Of a DNA stretch of 39,317 bases, positions 26,093-34,078 are shown piece after piece. Position numbers and translations under genes: made by a program. Origin of the DNA: an uncultured Candidatus Saccharibacteria bacterium (GTDB taxonomy: Bacteria > Patescibacteriota > Saccharimonadia > Saccharimonadales > UBA4665); contig CAZOYN010000002.1 of assembly GCA_964584135.1 (NCBI GenBank), positions 918 to 40,234 on the forward strand, written 5' to 3'. The notes under the pieces were generated by a model. That model made no database searches. It worked only from the letters and a program-made list of their open reading frames with translations, and was not told the DNA's origin. Position 1 is the stretch's first letter, and each line of letters begins with the position of its first letter.

Positions 26093-27129
26093 CAGGTCCG
26101 CCTCCATCGTTTGACGCGCTGGTACAGGTTGCGGCCTAAGGCGTACAACCCACCCAAAGCCAGCACAGCCACGAGCAGCATAAGTAATAGCAATTTCCAG
26201 GGCAGCACCCAGAACGACAGTTCGCCCTCTATGGGGATGTCTCGGGTACCGTCGTTGTAGGCTAATAGCATACGGGCATAATACCGGCCAATGCGTAGTT
26301 TGCTCAAGTTGGTACCGCTCCAATCCAGTTGCCGCAGGGGTATACTGCTTTTGTCGGCAATGGTCTGGCCGTCCACCTGTTTTATCTGATAGCGTGGAAA
26401 GCCATCTTCCCACAGCACCGTGAAAACCCGGTTGCTCCCCGGCAGGATGTTGCCCTGCGCCTGATTAATTTCCAGTGTGGCGATGGGGTCTTTACCGTTC
26501 CGGCTAATAAAGATGTCGCCCGCTGGCACGGCATGGACATTCCCGCTGTTGTGGACGGTGATGTCAAAGGAAGCCGGCAGGTAATCGTACAGTTTTTTGG
26601 AAGCGCTAAAACTAACCACGTTCAGCGTCCGCTTTTCGCCGGGGGCGTTAACGTCCAACAGCACCAAGGTGGCCACGGCACCGGTGACGACATTGTGCTG
26701 GCCGGTGGCGGTGGGTTTGGCGCCGGCTTCGCTAAAGACTACGGCGTAGTAATAGCCGAAAGCGGCCGTCTTGGGTACCTGTATGGTCATGGTGACGGTC
26801 TGCCAGACGTTCGGCTCAGCCACGAACGAAGACTCCGAAAAACTGACCCAGCCTACCGACTCGTCACCGGCCGCCGGTTGGATAATCTGCGGCTTGCCGC
26901 TGGTGCCATCGGCTTTGAATTTCATTAGCGTCACTTTAACCGTCACCGCTTGGCTGCCGGTGTTTTCGACTTTGATCGGCGTCGAGGTGCTGGCTCCCGG
27001 CTTGATGGACAAGCTAATCGGCAGCGGCGAGGTGGTCAGGTTAAAGTCCGCGGCGGCGGCCATGGCGGGGTCAATAAGTGGTAGCAGGCAAGCCAGGGTG
27101 ATGAGCACCACTGAGAAACGGCGCATCAT
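26092..27129 (-). CDS. Surface-cluster gene 5: signal peptide + two beta-sandwich-like domains + C-terminal TM anchor (DUF916/DUF3324-like architecture)
   Basis: AADFNLTTSPLPISLSIKPG...VENTGSQAVTVKV...FGYYYAVVFSE...VHNSGNVHAVPAGDIFIS...LSKLRIGRYYA, C-terminal TM plus a basic tail. ATGA overlap with the upstream gene. Confidence 0.8.
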   Translation of the reverse strand: MMRRFSVVLITLACLLPLIDPAMAAAADFNLTTSPLPISLSIKPGASTSTPIKVENTGSQAVTVKVTLMKFKADGTSGKPQIIQPAAGDESVGWVSFSESSFVAEPNVWQTVTMTIQVPKTAAFGYYYAVVFSEAGAKPTATGQHNVVTGAVATLVLLDVNAPGEKRTLNVVSFSASKKLYDYLPASFDITVHNSGNVHAVPAGDIFISRNGKDPIATLEINQAQGNILPGSNRVFTVLWEDGFPRYQIKQVDGQTIADKSSIPLRQLDWSGTNLSKLRIGRYYARMLLAYNDGTRDIPIEGELSFWVLPWKLLLLMLLVAVLALGGLYALGRNLYQRVKRWRRT

Positions 27130-28187
27130 GTCTGCTGCCTGTACTTTCGTTTATTGCGCCAGCGCATCAACAGGTACACCACTACCGCTGGTACGGTCGG
27201 GATGAGTATGGCGAACATGATCAGCCGCCAGGGTATGACCCAGAACGACAGCTCGCCCTCCACCGGCACGTCGCGGCTGCCATCATTGTAGGTCAGCAGT
27301 AAATGGGCGTAGTAATGGCCAATGCGCAGTTTACTCAAGTTGAGTCCGTCCCAGCTCAGTACCCGCTCCGGAAGACCGCCTGGGTCGGAGATAATTTGGC
27401 CATTGACCCGTTTTGTCTGGTAGGCTGGAAAGCCATCTGACCAACTGGCGGTGAACAACCGGCTGCTGCTTGGTAAAATATTTCCCCCCGAGGCATTGAC
27501 TGCCAGGTGGGCTATATCGTGTTGCTTATCCCGACTAATAAAGATGTCGCCCGACGGGACGGCGTGGACATTACCACTGTTGTGAACGACCACGCTAAAA
27601 TCGGCCGGCAGGAACTCATAGATTTTCTTGGCCGAGACGTAGCTGGTAACACTGAGCGTCCGCTTTTCGCCGGGGGCGTTGACGTCCAACAGCACCAGCG
27701 AGGCCACCGCGCCATGTACGGTGTTGTGCTGGCGCGAGATAGCTGTCTGGCCGGCATCATTCTCGCTAAAGACCACCGCGTAATAGTAGCCAAAAGCCGC
27801 TTCTTTAGGTGGCCGGATGGTCATGGTAACGGTCTGCCAGACATTCGGCTCGGCCTGGAATGAGGTTTCGGAAAAACTGACCCAACTGATATAAGTGTCA
27901 CGCGGCGTGGGGTCAACGATTTCCGGCTTGCCACTGGTGCCATCGGCCTTGAAGGTAAGCAAGCTTACCTTAACGCCCACGGTTTGCGACCCGGTATTCT
28001 GGACTTTCAGAGCCGTGCTGACGGTGCCGCCGGGCTTGACGGATAAGCTAATCGGCAGCGGTGAAACGGTCAGGTTGAAGTCCGCCGCCCAAGCAGCTAA
28101 CGGACTGGCAAGCGTGGTAAAAGCAAGGGCCAAGACTATTACTGCAGCCACCGCCCCGCTGGTCGAGGACCCCTTTAATACAAGCAT
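27126..28187 (-). CDS. Surface-cluster gene 4: paralogue of gene 5 (same architecture)
   Basis: By eye, well over half of residues are identical to 26092-27129, with long near-identical nucleotide runs. ATG 28187 is preferred (TATGCT 6 nt upstream); GTG 28202 is also possible. Confidence 0.8.
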   Translation of the reverse strand: MLVLKGSSTSGAVAAVIVLALAFTTLASPLAAWAADFNLTVSPLPISLSVKPGGTVSTALKVQNTGSQTVGVKVSLLTFKADGTSGKPEIVDPTPRDTYISWVSFSETSFQAEPNVWQTVTMTIRPPKEAAFGYYYAVVFSENDAGQTAISRQHNTVHGAVASLVLLDVNAPGEKRTLSVTSYVSAKKIYEFLPADFSVVVHNSGNVHAVPSGDIFISRDKQHDIAHLAVNASGGNILPSSSRLFTASWSDGFPAYQTKRVNGQIISDPGGLPERVLSWDGLNLSKLRIGHYYAHLLLTYNDGSRDVPVEGELSFWVIPWRLIMFAILIPTVPAVVVYLLMRWRNKRKYRQQT

Positions 28188-28233
28188 GTAATTAGCATAC
28201 ACTAGCCTGTCGTTTACCAGGGCTTATAGAGGT

Positions 28234-29289
28234 TTAGAAGTTGCCGGCGCCAATGACCGTGATGGTATCGGTGTAATCGTTAGCTGCCGGTGTTAGGGCT
28301 GATATAGCCGAACTTTCCTTGACGACGAAGGACGCGCTACTGGCTGTTCCGTTGGAAGAGATGATTTGGCGAATAGTCGAGTCCAGTCCAGAACCTTGGC
28401 CAGCTCCAGCTGTACCGCCCGAGCCATTGCCGTAGGCGTTTGAAGCGGTGGTGGTACCAGCGCCCGAACCCTGGGTAATGCTCGTGATGCCCATAACGTA
28501 ACCTTCGGTGCCGGAACTGAGTGTGGCGTTAGTCCCCGGAGTGGTAGAGGCGATGGTGTGGCTGGCCGCGGCTGAGTTTAGGCCAGTATTGCTATCCTTG
28601 GCCCAGGCTATCCAGCCGTTTTGGGCGTTGGTATTAACGGTGATGGTACAACCACTGGTGCTTACCACGGAACTAGCCGACAGGTTGGCGGTAAAGTTGT
28701 CGGTGTTACTGGCACAGCCGCTAATCACGAAGTTGAAGGTTGGCGGTACGCTGGCGTTAACGACTATCTGGTCGTTGGATACGGTGCGTACGGCAACGGT
28801 GGTTGAATCGCTACCGGCCGTGACTGTTGGGTGGTATTCACCGGCGGTCGCATCAGTAACCGCTGTCGCGCTGGTCAAGTCAACACAGTAAGCCGTGGTA
28901 GCTGCTAAGGCCGTCACGCTGCTTATTGTCACAGTGCTACCAGAACCAGCCGCCGTGATTGAGCCGGGTAGGGCGGTCGCCCCTGTTTCCGAAGCGCAGG
29001 TAGCTGAAGATACTGTCTGGGTAGTATTGACCGCGCCGCTGGAGCCGGTCCAGGTAGTGCTATCGGCACCGTTGAAGTTAATGGCTACCGATGTGGCGCC
29101 GGCCCCGACGGTCTTAAAGACTAAGCGGAAGCTAGTACCTTGCCCAGCCGCCATGCGGTTCAATCGGATATAGGTGTTGGTTAAGGTCGCGGCGGAAACG
29201 GGAGCCAGGGACAATGCCAGCAAATCGGCGGTTCCCAATAGAGAAGCTAGCACCAAAGCTATGGAGCGGTAGGAAAGCTTTAATTTCAT
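28234..29289 (-). CDS. Surface-cluster gene 3: secreted Thr/Ser/Gly/Ala-rich protein with a WxL-domain-like C-terminal module
   Basis: Signal peptide (...LSLAPVSA/ATL). No TM anchor or LPXTG seen. The C-terminal ~170 aa are alignable with the C-terminus of 29383-30414. Ends TPAANDYTDTITVIGAGNF. Confidence 0.8.
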   Translation of the reverse strand: MKLKLSYRSIALVLASLLGTADLLALSLAPVSAATLTNTYIRLNRMAAGQGTSFRLVFKTVGAGATSVAINFNGADSTTWTGSSGAVNTTQTVSSATCASETGATALPGSITAAGSGSTVTISSVTALAATTAYCVDLTSATAVTDATAGEYHPTVTAGSDSTTVAVRTVSNDQIVVNASVPPTFNFVISGCASNTDNFTANLSASSVVSTSGCTITVNTNAQNGWIAWAKDSNTGLNSAAASHTIASTTPGTNATLSSGTEGYVMGITSITQGSGAGTTTASNAYGNGSGGTAGAGQGSGLDSTIRQIISSNGTASSASFVVKESSAISALTPAANDYTDTITVIGAGNF

Positions 29290-29330
29290 AATATGTTTGT
29301 AAACCTTTGGTTTATTTTATAACTGGGTTA

Positions 29331-29360
29331 AGCATAAACTTTTTTAATCAGGGCTGTCAA
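29331..29360 (-). promoter_or_regulatory. Putative sigma70-type promoter for 28234-29289
   Basis: On the minus strand: TTGACA (29360-29355), 18-nt spacer, TATGCT (29336-29331), about 40 nt upstream of ATG 29289. Confidence 0.45.
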
Positions 29361-29382
29361 TGAGCAGCCTGTGGATAAACCC

Positions 29383-30414
29383 CTAAAAACTGGCGGCCGC
29401 CACGAAGGTCAGGATTTCCTGGTAGTCGTTAGCCGCCGGTGTAGTGGTTGCGGCCTTGGCTTTAACAGCCGCTGTTGCCGAACCGCCAGTCACCGCCGCC
29501 GTCGTACTAAAGATTGGCAGGAACGTCAGTGCCGGCGCGCCTACAACGCTGCCGGAGCCGTTATAAGGGCTGGCGATGGTCAGTGGGCCGCCAGACGATT
29601 GCGAAGCAGTCAAACCTTGGACACCGAAGCCTTGGGACTGGGAGCTCAGGTCGGCGCTGACCGCGGCGATGGTCGTAGACGTAGTGGTGCTTTTCAGCCC
29701 GACGTTGGCACCAGCTATATAGACATTGCCACCAGTACCGGCATTGGTCGAAAAACCAACCGCGATGTTCACTCCGCCGGTTATGACCGAACCGGCCAGT
29801 AAACTGCCGAGGTTCAGGCTGCTGGGGCTCAGGCTAAAGGTCAGCGAGGGGTTGGCGGTGCTGGCGTTGGCCGACGCGCCAAAGGCAGAGTTGGTAAACT
29901 GGCCCTGCATGGCCGCCACCTTCACGTAATAGGTCGTGTTCGGAGCTAAGCCGACAATAAACGAGCCGCTGGCGCCACCCCAGGCGGCGTAGCTGCGGTA
30001 GACTTGGCTGGCACCCAGCGTGCCGTCGGATTGCACATAGTTGACGCTGGCAAAATTGCTGACGGTTGATACGGCTATGGCGTAGGTGTAGTCGCTGGCG
30101 TCGGCCCCGCCCTTATTAATAATGCAATTCAGTTTGTTGTAGTAGGTGTTACTGCCATTGTCGAGCGTTGGTGCCAAGGGCACGTTGGCCTGCTGGGCCT
30201 GGATAGAGCTGGGCATAACCTTATCGGTGCTGCCGGTCGGCGGGGTACTGGACACCTCACCGGTGCTGGCGTTGAGCTGGTAGTTCGACGATGAAGCGCT
30301 GTTGGTGCCGCCCGACCCCAGGTTGTAATTTTGCAGCTGATAGGTAGTGCTTTGCGAAAAGGTAGCAAACAACAGCATCGTCATACTACCTAATGATCCC
30401 AAAGCCTTGAACAT
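29383..30414 (-). CDS. Surface-cluster gene 2: secreted protein with N-terminal S-x-NY repeats, FN3-like domain and the same C-terminal module as gene 3
   Basis: ATG 30414 gives MFKALGSLGSMTMLLFATFSQS, 10 nt after the upstream stop; the track start at 30498 overlaps the upstream gene. FN3-like LAPNTTYYVKVAAM. Ends TPAANDYQEILTFVAAASF. Confidence 0.8.
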   Translation of the reverse strand: MFKALGSLGSMTMLLFATFSQSTTYQLQNYNLGSGGTNSASSSNYQLNASTGEVSSTPPTGSTDKVMPSSIQAQQANVPLAPTLDNGSNTYYNKLNCIINKGGADASDYTYAIAVSTVSNFASVNYVQSDGTLGASQVYRSYAAWGGASGSFIVGLAPNTTYYVKVAAMQGQFTNSAFGASANASTANPSLTFSLSPSSLNLGSLLAGSVITGGVNIAVGFSTNAGTGGNVYIAGANVGLKSTTTSTTIAAVSADLSSQSQGFGVQGLTASQSSGGPLTIASPYNGSGSVVGAPALTFLPIFSTTAAVTGGSATAAVKAKAATTTPAANDYQEILTFVAAASF

Positions 30415-30424
30415 ACCTACTATA

Positions 30425-31342
30425 CTATCGCCACTGCCAACTACTGGCAATGCCCAGCAGGGCCGTCTGCATAGCAGCGGAATCGTCAGGCGTACCACCG
30501 CTGAGGGCCAGGCTGGCCACCAAGCCTTGGTGTTGCAAGTAGAGCACCTTACTGAAGTTAAAGCCCGAGCTTTTATCGCTAAACACGTGGACCATAGCGC
30601 CGTTGACGCTTACAAGGTCATCGGTGAAGCGGTCGGGGGTTACCGAACGGAAGTGGTACGAACCATCGTCATTTACATTACCGCTGGGTAGTGATTCAAT
30701 CTGGATAGCCAGTTGCCAAGCCAGCACCTGGTGCCTTACAAAGATATAGTTTTCGAGTATGGGCTGGCGCGGCGGATCGGTATGGCTCTGGCTAAAGTAG
30801 TCGCTATAGCTAAACCTAAAACGTTGGCCGTTAAAGTGTACTAGCTGTGGTGCCGGTGAGTTAGGCTGGACTTGTGATGTATCTAAAGTCCCCTGGCTGG
30901 AGGTGTTGAATGAGCGCACCAGCCAGACGGCCACTACAGCTGCTACCAGCACGGACATGCCGCCGGCGATTGCCAGTGTGCGGCGCCTGGCATACGGTTT
31001 GGTTTTTGACAGCGGGCTTGGCTTAGGTTTGCTAGTGGCGGTTGGCATAAAATACGTCTGCAGGCAATAGGCAAAGGCCGCCAGCACCAGTGCGGCTTGC
31101 CCCACTATCAGCACCTTGTCGCCAAGCCTCACGAACTTTATCAGCAACAGACCCAAGCCGAGCAGTAAGAGTATGAAGTGCCGCCGGCTGATCTGGCCCG
31201 GCCGGCCACTGCCGGCGTGACGGCTGGCCAGCATGAACTTAGCCGATACGACACCAAAAAAAGCCAAAACCATCACATTTATAATAAGCGTAACCATTGC
31301 CGCTATTATGACATACCCGAAACGGCTGGGAGAGTCGGACAA
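30425..31342 (-). CDS. Surface-cluster gene 1: polytopic membrane protein with C-terminal ectodomain
   Basis: Four hydrophobic helices in the first ~135 aa, then a ~170-aa soluble domain. TTG start at 31342 (ATG alternative at 31297). Confidence 0.65.
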   Translation of the reverse strand: MSDSPSRFGYVIIAAMVTLIINVMVLAFFGVVSAKFMLASRHAGSGRPGQISRRHFILLLLGLGLLLIKFVRLGDKVLIVGQAALVLAAFAYCLQTYFMPTATSKPKPSPLSKTKPYARRRTLAIAGGMSVLVAAVVAVWLVRSFNTSSQGTLDTSQVQPNSPAPQLVHFNGQRFRFSYSDYFSQSHTDPPRQPILENYIFVRHQVLAWQLAIQIESLPSGNVNDDGSYHFRSVTPDRFTDDLVSVNGAMVHVFSDKSSGFNFSKVLYLQHQGLVASLALSGGTPDDSAAMQTALLGIASSWQWR

Positions 31343-31381
31343 CTTGCAATTTATTACATATATGGGCTAATCTATACAGGT

Positions 31382-32185
31382 ATGAGAGGTTCAAGACTTC
31401 CAAGTGCCGTCCCTTTGCCAGAAGTGCCCCGTTACACCGAAGAGGTCGTTTTTGGTAACTTAGGATTGCCCCAAGGTTTTGATGACGAGCGCCTCCTGGT
31501 TAACCTGCGTGGTTTACAACGCGTACAAGCCGTAGCCGGGCTCGGCACTATTAGCATTGTTGGCACTACTGGAGAAAGTTATCAGACCGACCTCAACATT
31601 AGCGGTTGGGATTCCCAAGGTACAGCTGTCAGTAGCGGCGTCGCCAAGCGCCAGAAGCAGCCGCTTGCACACGGCAATCTTCGTTTCCCAAACCCTCAAA
31701 GCACACTTTTTGGCCTGCCTGACCTAACCATCAAGGTTAATAACTCAGAAGTAGACGAACGTATTAGTGAAGGTGACTTTAAAAAAGGTTTGCTGGATCC
31801 CTACGCCCGAGCTAAATACTTAAATGGGGCGATTAAGTCTGGGTTAGCCGAGGCGAGCCGGGACGCTAACATTGATTGGATGAAGGCTAAACTTACCTTT
31901 CGTTACTATGGCCTATTCGGAGGCGGCATTACCTTACTTGGGGGCAGCCCCGATCGGGTATTCACGGCGGCAGCCGTATTCGGCCCGGTCATTGTAAACG
32001 TAGCCATATTAAGAGAAGTAACCTTCAGAAATATTGGCCAAAAAGCTGAAGATAAAGACATAAAATCAGACTTCTCAATTTGGAAGCAATTTCGACAGAG
32101 TCTGGCGGTTGGCCTAGCAATTGATAGGTGGGTTGCAGGAGCTGGCCTAGCCAAAGCCACCAAAGTTATTAGGGCGCGACGCTAA
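31382..32185 (+). CDS. Hypothetical protein (hydrophobic C-terminal segments)
   Basis: ATG 31382 avoids overlap with the divergent gene. TTGCAA-N18-TAATCT ends 8 nt before the ATG. No recognisable motif. Confidence 0.6.
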   Translation: MRGSRLPSAVPLPEVPRYTEEVVFGNLGLPQGFDDERLLVNLRGLQRVQAVAGLGTISIVGTTGESYQTDLNISGWDSQGTAVSSGVAKRQKQPLAHGNLRFPNPQSTLFGLPDLTIKVNNSEVDERISEGDFKKGLLDPYARAKYLNGAIKSGLAEASRDANIDWMKAKLTFRYYGLFGGGITLLGGSPDRVFTAAAVFGPVIVNVAILREVTFRNIGQKAEDKDIKSDFSIWKQFRQSLAVGLAIDRWVAGAGLAKATKVIRARR

Positions 32186-32253
32186 ATATAGCCACCCTGC
32201 TTATGGAGCATAAACGAGACTGAAGCTCGAGCCTTTGTTTTTACAGATGTGTT

Positions 32254-32262
32254 TGTTATAAT
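32254..32262 (+). promoter_or_regulatory. Extended -10 element for tRNA-Gly
   Basis: TGtTATAAT ends 13 nt before the tRNA 5' end. Confidence 0.45.
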
Positions 32263-32275
32263 TTAACGCTGTTAC

Positions 32276-32352
32276 GCGAGTGTAGCTCAGTTGTTTAGAG
32301 CGCTTCCTTGCCAAGGAAGAGGTCGAGAGTTAGAGTCTCTTCACTCGCACCA
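32276..32352 (+). tRNA. tRNA-Gly(GCC), encoded CCA, atypical D-loop and T-loop
   Basis: Acceptor GCGAGTG/CACTCGC, anticodon stem CTTCC/GGAAG, loop TTGCCAA, T-arm GAGAG-TTAGAGT-CTCTT, D-loop AGTTGTTTA, discriminator A73. Confidence 0.85.
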
Positions 32353-32528
32353 AGATGACACCTAGAAAAGCTCCCTTGACAAGGAACTTTTTATTTATTG
32401 ATCGGACGCGCGGTTTTAACCTACGTCCTGTGAACTAGACCTAACGAGACAAAATGGCCCATTTTACAGATTGAAACGACGGTTATAACCAAATTATCGA
32501 ATAGTTTGTCCGGTGCTACAATAGCCTT

Positions 32529-33212
32529 ATGAGTGACGAATTTTCAGTTCTCAAAGAACGTATTGAGCGCTTACGTAAGATACACCTTAAAGCGATAGGT
32601 GCGTTCAATGCATTTGAACAACTTCAGGAATTCCGGGCACCTAATTTAATCGGCGAAGAGCTAGCCCATAAACATGCACAGGCAGTAGGTGTGTATAAGG
32701 GCTTCTTTAATGTTGCTGAGAATGCTTTGAATACAGAGCTACATATTGCCGTTGCTAAGCTGTTTGACTCACACAAAGACGCTCTTCATATCGAGAAATT
32801 AGTTAATTATGCAGAACAAAATCAAAGAACTATATCAGCCAGACAACAAGCGAGTTTAGACGAAGATGCAGAATATTCTTCGGAGCTTGCAAAAGTCTAC
32901 GAGGGACTGAGCAGGGATGATCTGCTTGAAATAAAAAGTAGCCTTGAGTCTGCCGGCGATAAAATAGCTCGATTAAAGGATGTGCGTGATAAAGAGGTTG
33001 CTCATGTTGATGTTAAAAAACAAGAGAATTTAAAATACTTAACATATGAAGAGTTTGCAGAGCTCATAGAATTATCGAAAAAAATTCTTAATCTAATATC
33101 GAAAAAACTTTACGGCGACATAGCGTGGTTTGAGCTATACAAAGAGCAAGTCGTAGAAGGTTCGCAGTTATTATTAAGACTTGTCGCAAAGTCTGAAGGC
33201 ATTGATAGCTAG
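32529..33212 (+). CDS. HEPN-domain protein, AbiU2-like (candidate abortive-infection RNase)
   Basis: All-helical 227 aa. Rx5H motif in LKDVRDKEVAHVD (R153...H159; nt 32985-33005) in the context typical of Abi-type HEPN families. TGcTACAAT ends 6 nt before the ATG. Confidence 0.55.
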   Translation: MSDEFSVLKERIERLRKIHLKAIGAFNAFEQLQEFRAPNLIGEELAHKHAQAVGVYKGFFNVAENALNTELHIAVAKLFDSHKDALHIEKLVNYAEQNQRTISARQQASLDEDAEYSSELAKVYEGLSRDDLLEIKSSLESAGDKIARLKDVRDKEVAHVDVKKQENLKYLTYEEFAELIELSKKILNLISKKLYGDIAWFELYKEQVVEGSQLLLRLVAKSEGIDS

Positions 33213-33220
33213 GATATAAA

Positions 33221-34042
33221 ATGAAAGACAGAATAATTTACTTTGCTTCTGCCATAGGACTGCTGATTATTATGGTTTTCGCCGTTAGCACGGTGATACT
33301 GACAGTTAATGATGGCTTTAAGACAGTAGCCAATAACGAAGCGTTTGTTAGTGCGTTTGCCGGAGCATTCTTTACTTTTATATTAGTGAAATTTGCTGAG
33401 CTCGGTACAAGATTACGCAATGTCGAGAAAGACAACTTGCAAGGGCTTGTTGCTATTAATCATACACTTATGGGACACATGAATCAGATTAGTAATGCGG
33501 ATTTTGTAGCTAAGGATATTATTGCCACATACGAGAAGACTACCTCTGCAACGGAACCAATAGCCATCAACTTCAACTTCTTTAAATCAATACCTTTTGA
33601 GCCTGAAACACTCAAGGTAATTCGTAACACTAAGTTTCTAAACGAAGTCTATAGTTACTACGCTGACACGGAAAAGCTAAACGATAGTATGATGGCACTG
33701 CAAAAGTTCATAGATGCCATCACCAACGGTCTAATTGGTGGCAATCTTAGCCGCACCGATTATTTGCAGAATGCACCGTTACTTAGTGAGAAAACCAAAG
33801 AGTTGCGTAAGTTCATAAAACACTCTTTAAAAGAAGCCGAGCGATTAACTGCCCTTGACCGCTTACTACTAAAGCATCGTAGTGTTTTATGGCGTTTGGC
33901 TGTCAATATCCGCACCTTCGATGAGTATTCCAAAAAGGTCAACGAGGATTTCGAGTCAGAGATGAACGTTATTAAGCAAGAGATAGCTGAAACTTCTGCC
34001 AAAAGTCGTGCTGAAATAGAGTCAATAGTTAAAGAGAAATGA
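33221..34042 (+). CDS. Membrane protein: two N-terminal TM helices + ~200-aa helical cytoplasmic domain
   Basis: TM1 IIYFASAIGLLIIMVFAVSTVILTV, TM2 AFVSAFAGAFFTFILVKFAEL. AGGA SD 7 nt upstream. 8 nt after the previous stop. Confidence 0.7.
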   Translation: MKDRIIYFASAIGLLIIMVFAVSTVILTVNDGFKTVANNEAFVSAFAGAFFTFILVKFAELGTRLRNVEKDNLQGLVAINHTLMGHMNQISNADFVAKDIIATYEKTTSATEPIAINFNFFKSIPFEPETLKVIRNTKFLNEVYSYYADTEKLNDSMMALQKFIDAITNGLIGGNLSRTDYLQNAPLLSEKTKELRKFIKHSLKEAERLTALDRLLLKHRSVLWRLAVNIRTFDEYSKKVNEDFESEMNVIKQEIAETSAKSRAEIESIVKEK

Positions 34043-34078
34043 TTCCTCTAGACCGAATGAAAAAGGCGATCTGTTCTT

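Noticed and set aside
26093-26413. 107-residue N-terminal extension of the third anchor paralogue
   Set aside because: It lies entirely inside the upstream gene in another frame and is Arg/Pro-rich. Met108 gives a textbook signal peptide and a TGATG coupled junction.
25362-28191. Plus-strand ORFs (100-199 aa) opposite the three anchor paralogues, and plus-strand ORFs opposite 28234-30414
   Set aside because: These are antisense shadows. The minus-strand genes have signal peptides, TM anchors, paralogy and coupled junctions, and the plus-strand translations are low complexity.
28234-28251. C-terminal Phe (…GAGNF, …AAASF) as an outer-membrane beta-barrel/BAM signal or chaperone-usher subunit signature
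   Set aside because: No usher, BamA-like or OM-lipoprotein genes are nearby. The neighbouring partners are single-pass cytoplasmic-membrane-anchored proteins, and the gene content suggests a monoderm. I kept this only as a descriptive motif.
30415-30498. N-terminal extension of 29383-30414, and likewise 31178-31381 for the 31382 gene
   Set aside because: Both extensions overlap neighbouring genes. The internal ATGs give sensible N-termini with promoter-like or SD-like context.
32353-32420. Terminator hairpin right after tRNA-Gly (ctcccttgacaaggaac + T-run)
   Set aside because: The best pairing gives only a 4-5 bp stem with a 1-3 nt loop, which is too weak to call.
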